Source: Cyanophora paradoxa CCMP329
Lineage: Eukaryota > Plantae > Glaucophyta
Assembly (NCBI GenBank): GCA_004431415.1
Contig: QPMI01000039.1
Coordinates: 310,001 to 374,000 of the forward strand
Direction: 5' to 3'
Length of the DNA stretch: 64,000 nucleotides
Part shown: positions 10,790 through 21,124 of the stretch, piece after piece
Layout: each line of letters begins with the position of its first letter
How positions within the stretch are numbered: the stretch's first letter is position 1
Notes under the pieces: generated by a model
The model's input: the letters and a program-made list of their open reading frames with translations, nothing else
Databases searched by the model: none
What the model was told of the DNA's origin: nothing
Translations under genes and position numbers: made by a program

Positions 10790-12187
10790 ATGGATGTCAC
10801 TACAACTCTTCAACGTCTTTCCCTCAAAGAGGCGCTAACCACGCCCGAAGAGGCAAAAGCGTTTTTCCTCGATAACTCGCTCATGCTCGGTCTGGAAGCG
10901 AAGACGAAACCCGTTCTCGTAACCGTTAGTCCATCAACAACCTACGATAACAACGTTGGTCAACGCGTTTCTTTCAAACTTCCCCGCTACAATTTCATCG
11001 GTAAAATCGAACTCGCTTTTGATCTTCCCGAACTAACCGCTTTCGAAGGCGATACTGACCTTGTGCGAAACGGTTACACTCGCCCCGTCGGTTCGCTTGT
11101 GCAACGCCTTGAAATCTCTTACGGTTCTTACACTTTCCACGTCCCGTCAGATTTCCTGGCGATTTTCCCGCTGGTCTACTATTCAGAGGATCAGTTGGCG
11201 AAAAAGAAGCGTTCTATGGGAATGCTCCACGGTATTCCCGCTCACGGAACCAACCGTAAAGGTGGCGCTTTCTTTGTTGAGATCCCGGTACCGTGGTTAA
11301 ACAGTTACCTACCACTCGGTGCGCTCTCGGGTGAGATGGTTGTTACTGTTTGGTTCAAAGAAGCTAACAAGGGTTACCTTGAAACTTCTTATGGCGGTCG
11401 CGCTCTTCCGGTTGTTGGTGCTGCTGCGGATCAAACCGAAAATGATGGTCTCGGCTCAGCTACTGGTGTAACTCTTGCTAATGTTGGTCAAAACATCACC
11501 ACTGGTACTATTACTGGGTTCGAAGTTGCTGGAACTATTCCACCAATGACCCATTACATCTCCATTAAGTCTCCTCGCCTTTACATGCATGCTATCAATG
11601 TTTCCGATGAACTGTTCGCTACGGTTATTGAGAAGGTCAAGACTACCGGTATGGCGATTCCATCACTCGACATTGGTTTCGTCGATGTCACCGGTCTTGC
11701 TGCGAAAGGTAACACTCAACCCAACCGAATTAACCTTAGCCAAATCTCCGGTCTGGTTTATGCTCTTCTTGTCTCTGTCCGTGATGATGGAGGTATCGAT
11801 TCTTCTAACGGTTCTCACAGCGTCCTTAAAACGCTTGCGAATGAGAAGGATATCACGATGACTTGTGAGATCAACGGACAGCGTCTTTATTCCACGGAGC
11901 CAATCCCGCTACTCAAAGGTGCGGAACTCATCGCCGATGCCTTCAAATGCTCGAACATGGACAAAGAAGCAAACCGTTACGTTCTTACAGGTCTACCTTT
12001 CTGCGCTGACGGTGAGAAGGCGATTCGCAATATCGCACAGAGTGGATATGTTGACCTTACGAACTCGTCGTCATCGTTCCTAACTCTGTATCTCCCTGCC
12101 GATCGCACAATTACTGTTAACGTTCGCGCTCTCATGCACAGTTTCATAATTTGTGACCGCGATGGAATTCGTAGAATTAATATGTAA
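10790..12187 (+). CDS. Major capsid protein, copy 2
   Basis: Same translation as 4499..5896. Confidence 0.85.
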   Translation: MDVTTTLQRLSLKEALTTPEEAKAFFLDNSLMLGLEAKTKPVLVTVSPSTTYDNNVGQRVSFKLPRYNFIGKIELAFDLPELTAFEGDTDLVRNGYTRPVGSLVQRLEISYGSYTFHVPSDFLAIFPLVYYSEDQLAKKKRSMGMLHGIPAHGTNRKGGAFFVEIPVPWLNSYLPLGALSGEMVVTVWFKEANKGYLETSYGGRALPVVGAAADQTENDGLGSATGVTLANVGQNITTGTITGFEVAGTIPPMTHYISIKSPRLYMHAINVSDELFATVIEKVKTTGMAIPSLDIGFVDVTGLAAKGNTQPNRINLSQISGLVYALLVSVRDDGGIDSSNGSHSVLKTLANEKDITMTCEINGQRLYSTEPIPLLKGAELIADAFKCSNMDKEANRYVLTGLPFCADGEKAIRNIAQSGYVDLTNSSSSFLTLYLPADRTITVNVRALMHSFIICDRDGIRRINM

Positions 12188-12247
12188 ACCATTATTAGTA
12201 AGATATCGTTATTTTTATCTATCTTTATTAAGAAGATCTACAACACC

Positions 12248-13029
12248 ATGGATGATGTCCCCGAATTTAACGCTGGGGAAATGATAAAACCACCTTTTCG
12301 CGTCCTCGCAATCGGAAAATCAGCTACGGGCAAGTCAGAAGCGGTAAAGTATTGGTTAAAGCAACTTCACGATGCAAAAAAGATAGATGTGGTTCTCGTT
12401 GTAAGTGGGACATCATTCAATCATTTTGGAGAGAAGTTGCAACGTTGGAACTCGGTAAATGGGATGCGCCTTACATCGCTAAACTTCTCGATGAAAGACA
12501 AGAGAAAATAGAGAAAGGAGAACCCGTTAACCAATTGTGTGTAGTTCTCGATGATCTTATAGATAATGAGATAGTCGATCTAACCCGCGACAAAATAATT
12601 GGCTCTCTTTACAGTCGTGGGCGCCATTCGAAAATTTCGATTATTTGCATAACTCAGAAACTGCGTAAGGTTTCTTCAACCATTCGCGTTAATTCGGATT
12701 ATGCGATGTTTCTTAGCGCCGCCAATCGCAAAGAACTGGAAGCGATTGAAGAAGAATACAATATTATGCGGGATAAAGACGCTTTCTATAAGATGTTTGA
12801 GGAGTATGTACATTCCTATCAGTTTCTCATATGGTCATCCGCTGATTATTCGGTAAAGTATTATGTAGATAAAGCGGAACTGGTTAAAAACTTTGGATTC
12901 CCACGGTTTCATCGGAAGCCCAAAAAGAAAGAAGATGAATTACAACCGCCACAGAAAGAAGAAGCGCCAAAAGAGATTAAAAGCGCTGTTCATACTAATA
13001 AGTTGATGCGATATAAGAGTGGACTTTAA
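12248..13029 (+). CDS. Packaging ATPase, copy 2 (apparent 1-bp frameshift in a T run at ~12424)
   Basis: Split into ORFs 12248..12511 and 12352..13029; CATTTTGG here versus CATTTTTGG in copy 1. Confidence 0.8.
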
Positions 13030-13057
13030 AATTATCTTCATTATTATTAAAGATACA

Positions 13058-13789
13058 ATGCCGCCGAAACGTAGAGGTGTTCCCGCTGGTGCTATTTCAT
13101 ATTCTGGCGGTGAAAGTTATGGATCTCTCAATACTACACCAATGAAATTTGACGGAGTCAATCAAGTAAAAGCAACTCAACAAGAAGAAGACCCTTTAAA
13201 TGCCGCTTATGAAGAAGCGCCCGGCGATAAAGCGCCTCAAACATCACAAAGTGATCAGTTGAACATCTCCCCCGAAGTCTCGAAGATGAAGGCGGTCGGT
13301 GAAGGTGCGCGTCGGATTATCGGTGCTGCCGATGATCGTGAACTTGGTCTACAAGATCTTGCACTTGTCCGCAAAGGGCAAGGTGTTTCGAAAGAATCGG
13401 ACAAAGTTATTCAATCGATGGCGGGTGAAGTAACTTACAAGGTTGCACCAACTCAAAACATCCACCGAATCCCGAAGGCTCAATGGGACGAAATGACCGC
13501 TAAACTAAAAGACCTTGAAGCAAAGTCAAGCGCGCTTGAACAGTATGTAACAGAGAAGAAAGAACGCGCTAAAATTAAGGAGATGCTGCGTAAAGAAGTT
13601 TTCCGAATGGGAATAACTGGTGTTCCCGATAAACAATTCATTGGTAAGAAGGAGACTCAAATTGATGAGCAAGCGGTAGATGAAATGAAGACAAAGACAC
13701 AAAAGGGAACCATTGAACCTGGCGCAACCAAAGCGGAAGTAGAGAAAGCCGTAGCACCAACAGTATACAAGCGGAGAGTTTGGTTATAA
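13058..13789 (+). CDS. Viral hypothetical protein, copy 2
   Basis: Duplicate of the 6768 gene with a longer C-terminus. Confidence 0.65.
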   Translation: MPPKRRGVPAGAISYSGGESYGSLNTTPMKFDGVNQVKATQQEEDPLNAAYEEAPGDKAPQTSQSDQLNISPEVSKMKAVGEGARRIIGAADDRELGLQDLALVRKGQGVSKESDKVIQSMAGEVTYKVAPTQNIHRIPKAQWDEMTAKLKDLEAKSSALEQYVTEKKERAKIKEMLRKEVFRMGITGVPDKQFIGKKETQIDEQAVDEMKTKTQKGTIEPGATKAEVEKAVAPTVYKRRVWL

Positions 13790-13815
13790 ATATATATCTT
13801 TTAAAGAGGAAATCA

Positions 13816-14064
13816 ATGGACTTTTTACAAAAGATCATAGAGATGTTTAATCTCCATGTGGTAAGCAACTGTCACAGTGGATGCTGTGATACAACAGTAG
13901 AAGTAGGTTTCTCAGATACCGAAGATAATGTGACGGAAGGTAGAGGATCCCGGAGACATTCGGTAGACTCCACCCATTCAGAACCGGCTTCAAATGGTCG
14001 CCGGTTTTCCGTAGATCAAAGCGATGATTTACGAAGACAAGCGTTTGAACATCGCGGTAATTAA
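13816..14064 (+). CDS. Small CHSGCC protein, copy 2
   Basis: Duplicate of 7525..7773. Confidence 0.55.
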   Translation: MDFLQKIIEMFNLHVVSNCHSGCCDTTVEVGFSDTEDNVTEGRGSRRHSVDSTHSEPASNGRRFSVDQSDDLRRQAFEHRGN

Positions 14065-14266
14065 AATATTTGTAATAAGTATCGAATAATGCTTGAAGAA
14101 GTCTACAATATCATCTTAGCGAAACGTCAGATTTATGCCGTTAAATCTGCAATTGAAGAACGTAGACAGTAGCTTGTCCGGTCGCCAAAAATTGACAACC
14201 CAAAAAGGATTTAAAGGTACTGCGATATTACACACTGATAAAATATTTTCTCTGCTTAAAATAAGG

Positions 14267-14530
14267 ATGGCTGCGTTTGCCGATGATGTTAGCGTTGTTG
14301 AACTTGAATTTGATAGCGACGAATCCATGGACTCTCCAACTGAGAAAACTAAAACAAGCGCTGACGGTATCAGTTATAGAATCCGTAAGATCATTGCTCA
14401 ACGCAATAGATATAATGAGGATGCGGAATATCGTGAACTGAAAAAGAAGAAGGTATTAGAAGCGTATTACCGACGTAAAGCGGAGGAGGGAACCAATATG
14501 GGAAAGCGTGGAAGACCGCGCAAGTATTGA
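14267..14530 (+). CDS. AT-hook protein, copy 2
   Basis: Duplicate of 7976..8239. Confidence 0.65.
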   Translation: MAAFADDVSVVELEFDSDESMDSPTEKTKTSADGISYRIRKIIAQRNRYNEDAEYRELKKKKVLEAYYRRKAEEGTNMGKRGRPRKY

Positions 14531-14741
14531 ATAGAAAACCCCAATTGCCGCTGGACATCATTTCTTATTTTTCGAGCGGCTTACCGATTATATTCGGTAA
14601 TTCCGTTACCATTTCTCGATTGCCCGATTTAATCGATTTAATTCCCGATACGGAGGAAAAAGTATTTAAAGACAAGGCGCCAAAAAATGACAAGGAAGAA
14701 AAATATTTTCTCAACCTATTGTAGAAAAGAGAAAGTTGAAA

Positions 14742-17387
14742 ATGACCCCATCGGACAAGCTCGGCAATCTGCGCAAGTTTACCCCTGGAAAGGTAACATC
14801 TGGTATGTTTCTTAAAAATGTCAAAGCATCTCGAGATGCTGATAATCTCATGGAACTGGATGATGATGTTATTATTGATCGTATCAATAAGAGTTTGAAA
14901 AAACGACTGCATCCGACATGGGCTGAATGGCTCCAACTTGATCAGGTGACACGGGTTTATCTTGATCTCGATCGGTTCGTGGATTTGAAGCCCAACCTTG
15001 AAGACAACTACAAGGAAGCGGAAGAAACCGTTAGAGTATTGCGTGAGAAATTACATGATCTGACCGGCGCTACTATTGCTGTATCTGTTCGTCATCGTCG
15101 TGTTCGCCTTCTAAAAGAAGATGTTGACAAATTCAAGGTCTCTGCCCATTTCGTTTTCACTGATCTATGTTGTCGCCATGAAGATATCCCAAAACTCTTT
15201 ACTGAAATGGGTCTTGAGAAAAATGTAGAATTTGACAGTGGAGTTTACGGTTCACCACAGAATCTTGTGTGTCTTGGATGCTGCAAGGGGGAAAAAGTAG
15301 ATTTGGAGAACACTCGGGCGCGCGATATTGATAAGAACGTTCTATTTACTAAGTTTGTCGATTGCAAGGATATGCATGATAGTGATTTCTTCGTTCAATT
15401 TACCGATTGCCCCACATTGCTGGTGGACAAGACAAACTTTCACGTCTTCTCAGTGAACAAAACAGAGAAGAAGGAAGCGGAGCCGAAGAAGGAAGCCGAA
15501 CCAAAGAAGGAAGCGAAGCCGAAGAAGGAAACCAAGAAAACCACTAAAAACGAAGCTGCGAAAGAAGAGGTTGAAGATGAAGAGAAAGGTGGAGAAATTA
15601 CATTTGATCTTATGTACGGAGTTGTAATGGGTCTGAGTGCTGAACGCGCCGATACCTACAAATCCTGGATTGATACAGGTATTGCAATCATCAATGCTTG
15701 CGAAGACAACAAGATACCACGTAAACAGCAATTTGAGATATTCCATGACTTCTCACAAAAAAGTGAAAAGTTTGATTACGACGAATGCAATGACAAGTTC
15801 ATGAGTCTTTGCAAAGGCAAGAAGATGGTGGAAGGCAAACGGCTAACGTACGGTTCGCTGGTCTATTGGTTGAAAAAGGATGATATCGAACTTTATAATG
15901 AGTTGTTTCCCACCAAGTATGCATTCTTGCCCGAAGATTCCGACGACATTGATTATAAGACCGCAAAGATCCCACCAATCGTTGAGGATTACGCTACGCA
16001 TCGCCTTTACTTCAATGCGAGAATGCACCACATTGAAATGCTGGGTATTGTGATGCATTGGGATGAACAACAGCTTGCGTGGATCCCGAAAGATAGCCAA
16101 AAACTCGGCTCCAAACACTATCCACACCTGATGCATAAAATCGTTCTGAACAAGGGAACCGAGAAGGAAGTTGAGAAATGGATTCCCTCATTTCCGGAAT
16201 GGATCAAAGACCCACAGGCGACACGTTCCATGTACGTGGATTTCCTCCCGCCTCCGGCTAAACTGAGCGCCAAATGCAAATCTGTGTTTAATCTGTATCC
16301 TGGCTTTAAGATTGATCATGAGGTAGATGAAATCAAGGAATCACTACCGGAAGATGTGACCGAAGATATGATTAAGCCGTTTCTCACACATCTTCACCTG
16401 ATGTCGGGAGAAGACGATAACACATACCAATACCTTCTTAAATGGTTCGCTCACATGATGCAAAAACCTGGTGAACTTAACGGAGTGTCAATTATCCTAA
16501 TTGGTGAACAAGGCACTGGTAAAAACGTGTTGTTTGATCTGTTCGAGAAAAGCATTCTGGGTGATGCTCTTTCATATTCGACCGGCAAACCGAAAGATGA
16601 CCTGTTTGGTCGCTTTGCTCACAATCGCGAAGACAAGATCTTAATAGTTGTTAATGAGGCATCGGGCAAAGACACATTCGAAAATAGCGATATTCTCAAA
16701 GACCTTGTCACTACTAAAAAAATTACTATTGAACACAAGGGAATAGATTCATACGACAAAAAGAATTTCGCGCGTATTGTGTTCACAAGTAACAACAGTG
16801 TCCCTGTGAAGATCGAAGCGGGTGACCGTCGATTTGTTGTAGTAGAAGTGAGTAAGCGATACTGTAAGAATGTGGAGTACTTCACACCTCTTCTGAAATG
16901 GTTGAATGATATTCGGAATATCCGCAACATCACCCACTTCTTGCGCACAAAGGTGGATTGTGATAATATCAACTGGCAGGAGGAGCGCCCCAAGACCAAT
17001 AAGTATTATCTGGTTCAGCAAATCTCCGCACCAATCATTCTGATGTTTGCAAAGTGGTTAATGGATACTGGGGAGATTACCGAAATCAAGTGTAAGTTAA
17101 GCGGTCTCGCTTCTACATGGGAGTTATTCAAGACCTTCATTACGGAAAATAAATATAAGAACGATTACAACAGTAAGCGGTTCTATACGGAGATGCGAGG
17201 CACTTCATACATTCTTGTGAAAACCGCAAATGGTAAACCATACTACCATTTCATCTGGAACGAAATGCTGGCGGAATTCCGTAAGTTGAAGCTAATTGAT
17301 GATGATTCGATTAAGGAAGAACCTAACCCCAAGATTCCCGCCAAGAAAGCTGGGACGAAATTCGAAGATTCCGACGTTGAAGCGTAA
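14742..17387 (+). CDS. AEP primase - PriCT-2 - D5-like SF3 helicase
   Basis: AEP motifs RVYLDLD, KVSAHFVF and FDSGVY; PriCT ERADTYKSWIDTGIAI; helicase GEQGTGKN, VVNE, VFTSN and DRRF; EPKKEA repeat linker. Confidence 0.92.
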   Translation: MTPSDKLGNLRKFTPGKVTSGMFLKNVKASRDADNLMELDDDVIIDRINKSLKKRLHPTWAEWLQLDQVTRVYLDLDRFVDLKPNLEDNYKEAEETVRVLREKLHDLTGATIAVSVRHRRVRLLKEDVDKFKVSAHFVFTDLCCRHEDIPKLFTEMGLEKNVEFDSGVYGSPQNLVCLGCCKGEKVDLENTRARDIDKNVLFTKFVDCKDMHDSDFFVQFTDCPTLLVDKTNFHVFSVNKTEKKEAEPKKEAEPKKEAKPKKETKKTTKNEAAKEEVEDEEKGGEITFDLMYGVVMGLSAERADTYKSWIDTGIAIINACEDNKIPRKQQFEIFHDFSQKSEKFDYDECNDKFMSLCKGKKMVEGKRLTYGSLVYWLKKDDIELYNELFPTKYAFLPEDSDDIDYKTAKIPPIVEDYATHRLYFNARMHHIEMLGIVMHWDEQQLAWIPKDSQKLGSKHYPHLMHKIVLNKGTEKEVEKWIPSFPEWIKDPQATRSMYVDFLPPPAKLSAKCKSVFNLYPGFKIDHEVDEIKESLPEDVTEDMIKPFLTHLHLMSGEDDNTYQYLLKWFAHMMQKPGELNGVSIILIGEQGTGKNVLFDLFEKSILGDALSYSTGKPKDDLFGRFAHNREDKILIVVNEASGKDTFENSDILKDLVTTKKITIEHKGIDSYDKKNFARIVFTSNNSVPVKIEAGDRRFVVVEVSKRYCKNVEYFTPLLKWLNDIRNIRNITHFLRTKVDCDNINWQEERPKTNKYYLVQQISAPIILMFAKWLMDTGEITEIKCKLSGLASTWELFKTFITENKYKNDYNSKRFYTEMRGTSYILVKTANGKPYYHFIWNEMLAEFRKLKLIDDDSIKEEPNPKIPAKKAGTKFEDSDVEA

Positions 17388-17392
17388 CAAAT

Positions 17393-17614
17393 CACACCCC
17401 ACCCTACACCACACCGTTACCATAACCTCCTTGTAATTCCTTATTTTTATAAACTATTTTGTAGATTGAATTGTATGTGAATATAGTAAATAATAGAGAA
17501 GGTGGGAAGGTGGGGTGTGGTGGGGTCAAATTTTAAGAAAAGTTTGGGACGCTTCAAAATTCTAAGGAATTCTAAAAACATGCCCCACCTGACCCCACCC
17601 GCCCACCCTATCGA
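17393..17614 (+). repeat. Internal diverged copy of the ~230-bp TIR C-tract/G-tract module
   Basis: CACCCCACCCTACACC...CGTTACCATAA...GGTGGGGTGTGGTGGGGTCAAATTT...AAAAACATGCCCCACC.GACCCCACC, colinear with 33671-33905 and 34071-34300. Confidence 0.9.
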
Positions 17615-17657
17615 ACGCGTTCAAAATCCAAAATAAAAATGTTCCTTTATAATAAAG

Positions 17658-20600
17658 ATGCCCCGCCAAACCAACAGACTCATTAAAGAAAAGAAGAATG
17701 AAATACTTGGACTGTTAGGAACTCTCTTTGTTACGGGTGAGATCACCGAAGCGGAATTTGATAGAGAAGCCGCCATCTTAGATAGACGACCACGATTAGC
17801 ACAACTCAGAGATATTACAAATGACCTTTACGATCGCATGCAAAGAATGGAGGAGTTTATGGATGAAGGACAGAGATTAGGAGCAATTCAACCGGACATC
17901 GAAGATGGTGAAGCAATGAATCAAGCGTATTCATGGCTAACCTATCGCGCCCGAAACGAAGTAGTGGTTGATGCTATCGAATTCCTTGAAAGAATCGCAC
18001 CAAGTCTACCTCAACGCATTAAAACCCGCTTGGATCAACTGAATGCGGTTAAAGTACGTCTGACATTCGTATGTAAGTTTACCAAAGTAGGAAATCCACG
18101 AATCTACATCACCAAATACATTTACAGCGATTATTTCGTAATTACCCGATCCCGCAACATTAACACAGAAGTTCGCAAAGCGTTACAGAAAATGCAAGAG
18201 GAGATGACACAAGTAGATAGTTACCGCTTGGAACGTATCCAAATTCTAAGAGGTGTTATTATGTCTTATGCACCGGTTGGTGGTTGTTATTTCACAACTC
18301 CCGAATGGATCGCATCCAAAAAGGCAACAGTGAACGTTAAGAATATCGACGGGCAAGACTGTTTTAAGTACGCAATTTTGGCGTACCTACACAGAAAGGA
18401 TATTAACAAACACAAGAGCAACGAACCGAGCCAATATCGCCGATGGTTAAATGAACTCAATTTCGATGGTATTCAGTTTCCCGTTGCATGTGATGCTGAG
18501 GTAATCGATCGATTCGAAGAACTAAACCCCGATTTATCCATTAACATTTACGGAGCTGATAACTCCAAAGAGTGTTTCTTTCCGCTGCATCAATCAAGCA
18601 ACCCAAGGAGAAAGACCAAGATTAACCTTTTACTCATCGAAAACACCGAAGACGATCGGGGACACTACATTACTATCATGTCTTTTAGTCGTCTTCTGAA
18701 AACTACGTTTGATAAAGCATGTGATGGTCGCATTTATTACTGTGAAACCTGCCTGTCGCGTTTCAGAACTCAGGAGAAATTAGACCTACATGTTGAAGCA
18801 AACCGCTGCATTGATTGGAGGGAGAGCAAAGGTAAATGCCCAAAGCCGGGAAGCGTAATTGAATTCGGTCTGCAACATCTACGTAAAAGCGTTTGGCTAC
18901 CTGTAATCTGTTACGTTAAAGTCGAAGATCATTCGGTTGCTATTGATGCTCAGAGGAGTAAAAGAGAGATTAAAGCGGTTTCATTGAGAGTGGTAATGGG
19001 AGAAGAAGTGAGATCATACCAATTTGAGGGAGCTGATCCGCTTGGTTCTCTCTTTGCTGCTCTACAAGATATCAGACCCGAAATAGTTGAAACGCTGTTT
19101 AGAAATATTCCGATGCATCCACTCACAGATGATCAGAAGGCGGAGTACAAGATAACAAAATACTGCTATATTTGCTCTCAGAGATTCACCCATGAAAACT
19201 TCCCGGTTCGGGATCATTGTCACCAATCCGGCGATTTTATCGGAAAGGCATGCCGAAACTGTAACCTCCACAGGCGAATTTCAAAGCAAACCAAAGTAGC
19301 TATTGTGGTAGATCAAATGGATGAATGCGGACATGGAATATTCCGCAAAATCGCCCAACAAGACGATAAACTACGTGTTGAGATTCTGAGCAAGAATTTC
19401 GATCAATACCTATCGCTTCAATGGGGTATGTGGAAGTTCATCGATGCTTCCCATTTTATGGATTTCCAATCTGTGGATGTGGAGGATTTAATGAGGAAAT
19501 TCGAAGCATTCCGCAAATTGGCGTTTTCTCAATACGGATTGGATCCCGCTCATTATGTGAGCGCACCGGGTCTATCTTGGGATGCAATGCTAAAACACAC
19601 GAAGGTAAAGATTGGACTTATTGATGATGTAGAGAAATACGAATTTGTTGAGAGAGCCATTCGCGGTGGATTTGCTACCATGCCCACACGATACGCAAAG
19701 GTAGAGACCCCCGAAGATCATATAGTATTGTTGGACGCAAATAATCTTTATGGGTATGCACTCAGTCAACCACTACCAATCGGAGATTATCGATGGGAAG
19801 ACATCACAGAGGCACTTAAAGAGGTAGAGGGACGAAGCGCATTTATTGAAGTTGACCTTGAATACCCTACAACTCTTGAAGATCATTACGATTTCCCACT
19901 GATTGTGAATAAAGAAGTGATCACCAATGAGATGCTTGGTGATTATCAAAATAAACTATTAGATCTGACGGGCGAAAAGATCAGCAAAGACCCAAAACTT
20001 ACAGCGACATTTACGCCCAAGAATAAATACGTGATTGCCCGACCTCTTCTTAATTACATCGTTAAGAAGGGTGTGATTGTAAAAACAATACATAGAGTTC
20101 TCTCATTTGCTACTTCCCCATTCATGAAATCATATATTGGTCTGAATACTCTACTCCGCCACGAATCTACTAACCATTTCGAAAGCGACTTCTTTAAACT
20201 CATGAACAATGCAATTTATGGTAAATGCTTGGAGTCTTGCAGGGGTCGCTCAACTGTCAAGATCGCTAACAGTGAGAAACTGTGTAAGAAATACGCAGCA
20301 AGCCCACTTATCAAAGCAACCAATGTATTAAACGAAAACGCTGTTGCCTTTGAGATGTATTCGAAGCATGTTAACTTAGATAAACCCGTTGCAATTGGCG
20401 CTTTCGTGTTGGATTTCGCGAAACTACATAATTATGAGTTCTTCTACGATGTGGTAAGAAAGAAGTGGGAAACAGCTAAACTACTGTTTCACGATACCGA
20501 TTCGTTCTGTCTTTTCTTGAAAACGAATAATCTCAATGAAGATATGAAAGAGATAGGTGAGCATCTCGATAGGAGCAATTACGATAAATCCCATCCTCTT

Positions 20601-20939
20601 GTGAGTATCAGGAACCGCATGGTTCCCGGTAAATATAAAAATGAGTTCCCAAACGCAAAGATCGTGGAGTATGTGGGTCTGAGGTCGAAACTCTATGCTT
20701 TCAGAACTGAGACCAACGAAAAAGTGAAGATGTCGGGGACTTCCTCGAAAGAAGTACACTTCGACGATTTTAAGAAATGCCTATTGGAAGGCATCATAAA
20801 AACAGTATCAGTAACAAACAAGCGAAGGCAAGACCACAACTTATATGACTTGGAGAGCAGAAGGGTCGCTCTAAACCAACTCGATAGCAAACGGAAGATA
20901 TCAGCCGACGGCATTCACAGCATTCCATTTGGTCTTTAA
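17658..20939 (+). CDS. Protein-primed family B DNA polymerase (Polinton type) with vOTU-like, Zn-finger and endonuclease-VII-like inserts and a degenerate exonuclease
   Basis: LDANNLYG, KLMNNAIYGK, HDTDS, GLRSKLY, YGLDPAHYVSAPGLSWDAMLK, VRDHCHQSG and NVKNIDGQDCF...GHY. Confidence 0.95.
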   Translation: MPRQTNRLIKEKKNEILGLLGTLFVTGEITEAEFDREAAILDRRPRLAQLRDITNDLYDRMQRMEEFMDEGQRLGAIQPDIEDGEAMNQAYSWLTYRARNEVVVDAIEFLERIAPSLPQRIKTRLDQLNAVKVRLTFVCKFTKVGNPRIYITKYIYSDYFVITRSRNINTEVRKALQKMQEEMTQVDSYRLERIQILRGVIMSYAPVGGCYFTTPEWIASKKATVNVKNIDGQDCFKYAILAYLHRKDINKHKSNEPSQYRRWLNELNFDGIQFPVACDAEVIDRFEELNPDLSINIYGADNSKECFFPLHQSSNPRRKTKINLLLIENTEDDRGHYITIMSFSRLLKTTFDKACDGRIYYCETCLSRFRTQEKLDLHVEANRCIDWRESKGKCPKPGSVIEFGLQHLRKSVWLPVICYVKVEDHSVAIDAQRSKREIKAVSLRVVMGEEVRSYQFEGADPLGSLFAALQDIRPEIVETLFRNIPMHPLTDDQKAEYKITKYCYICSQRFTHENFPVRDHCHQSGDFIGKACRNCNLHRRISKQTKVAIVVDQMDECGHGIFRKIAQQDDKLRVEILSKNFDQYLSLQWGMWKFIDASHFMDFQSVDVEDLMRKFEAFRKLAFSQYGLDPAHYVSAPGLSWDAMLKHTKVKIGLIDDVEKYEFVERAIRGGFATMPTRYAKVETPEDHIVLLDANNLYGYALSQPLPIGDYRWEDITEALKEVEGRSAFIEVDLEYPTTLEDHYDFPLIVNKEVITNEMLGDYQNKLLDLTGEKISKDPKLTATFTPKNKYVIARPLLNYIVKKGVIVKTIHRVLSFATSPFMKSYIGLNTLLRHESTNHFESDFFKLMNNAIYGKCLESCRGRSTVKIANSEKLCKKYAASPLIKATNVLNENAVAFEMYSKHVNLDKPVAIGAFVLDFAKLHNYEFFYDVVRKKWETAKLLFHDTDSFCLFLKTNNLNEDMKEIGEHLDRSNYDKSHPLVSIRNRMVPGKYKNEFPNAKIVEYVGLRSKLYAFRTETNEKVKMSGTSSKEVHFDDFKKCLLEGIIKTVSVTNKRRQDHNLYDLESRRVALNQLDSKRKISADGIHSIPFGL

Positions 20940-21124
20940 TATACTTGTTCAATACTTCTCTTTTTATTTTTGCGATCCCCAAGCAATAATATACCTCGGA
21001 TCAGATGTAACAACCATATGCACTTTAACCCCGGGTCTGTTGGTGCGATCTCAAAGTAGTTTGGTATTGGGTGTTCTGTCCAAACCGGATTATCCATTAT
21101 TAATATATTGAAAATAAAGTAAAG

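Larger units (their letters stand above)
3866..16450 (+). repeat. Tandem direct duplication of ~6.29 kb (3866..10160 and 10158..16450)
   Basis: The offset stays at 6289-6292 throughout. The junction TGGTT-CGC-ATCAATT has CGC microhomology. Confidence 0.95.

Noticed and set aside
10181-12187. 668-aa penton-MCP fusion ORF
   Set aside because: It arises from the duplication junction plus one missing C in a homopolymer (CACCCTT versus CACCCCTT), and it starts at GTG. Copy 1 shows two separate genes.
12248-13029. Programmed frameshift or pseudogenisation in ATPase copy 2 (and the frameshift in primase copy 1)
   Set aside because: These are single-base homopolymer differences from an otherwise matching intact copy, most simply sequencing error.
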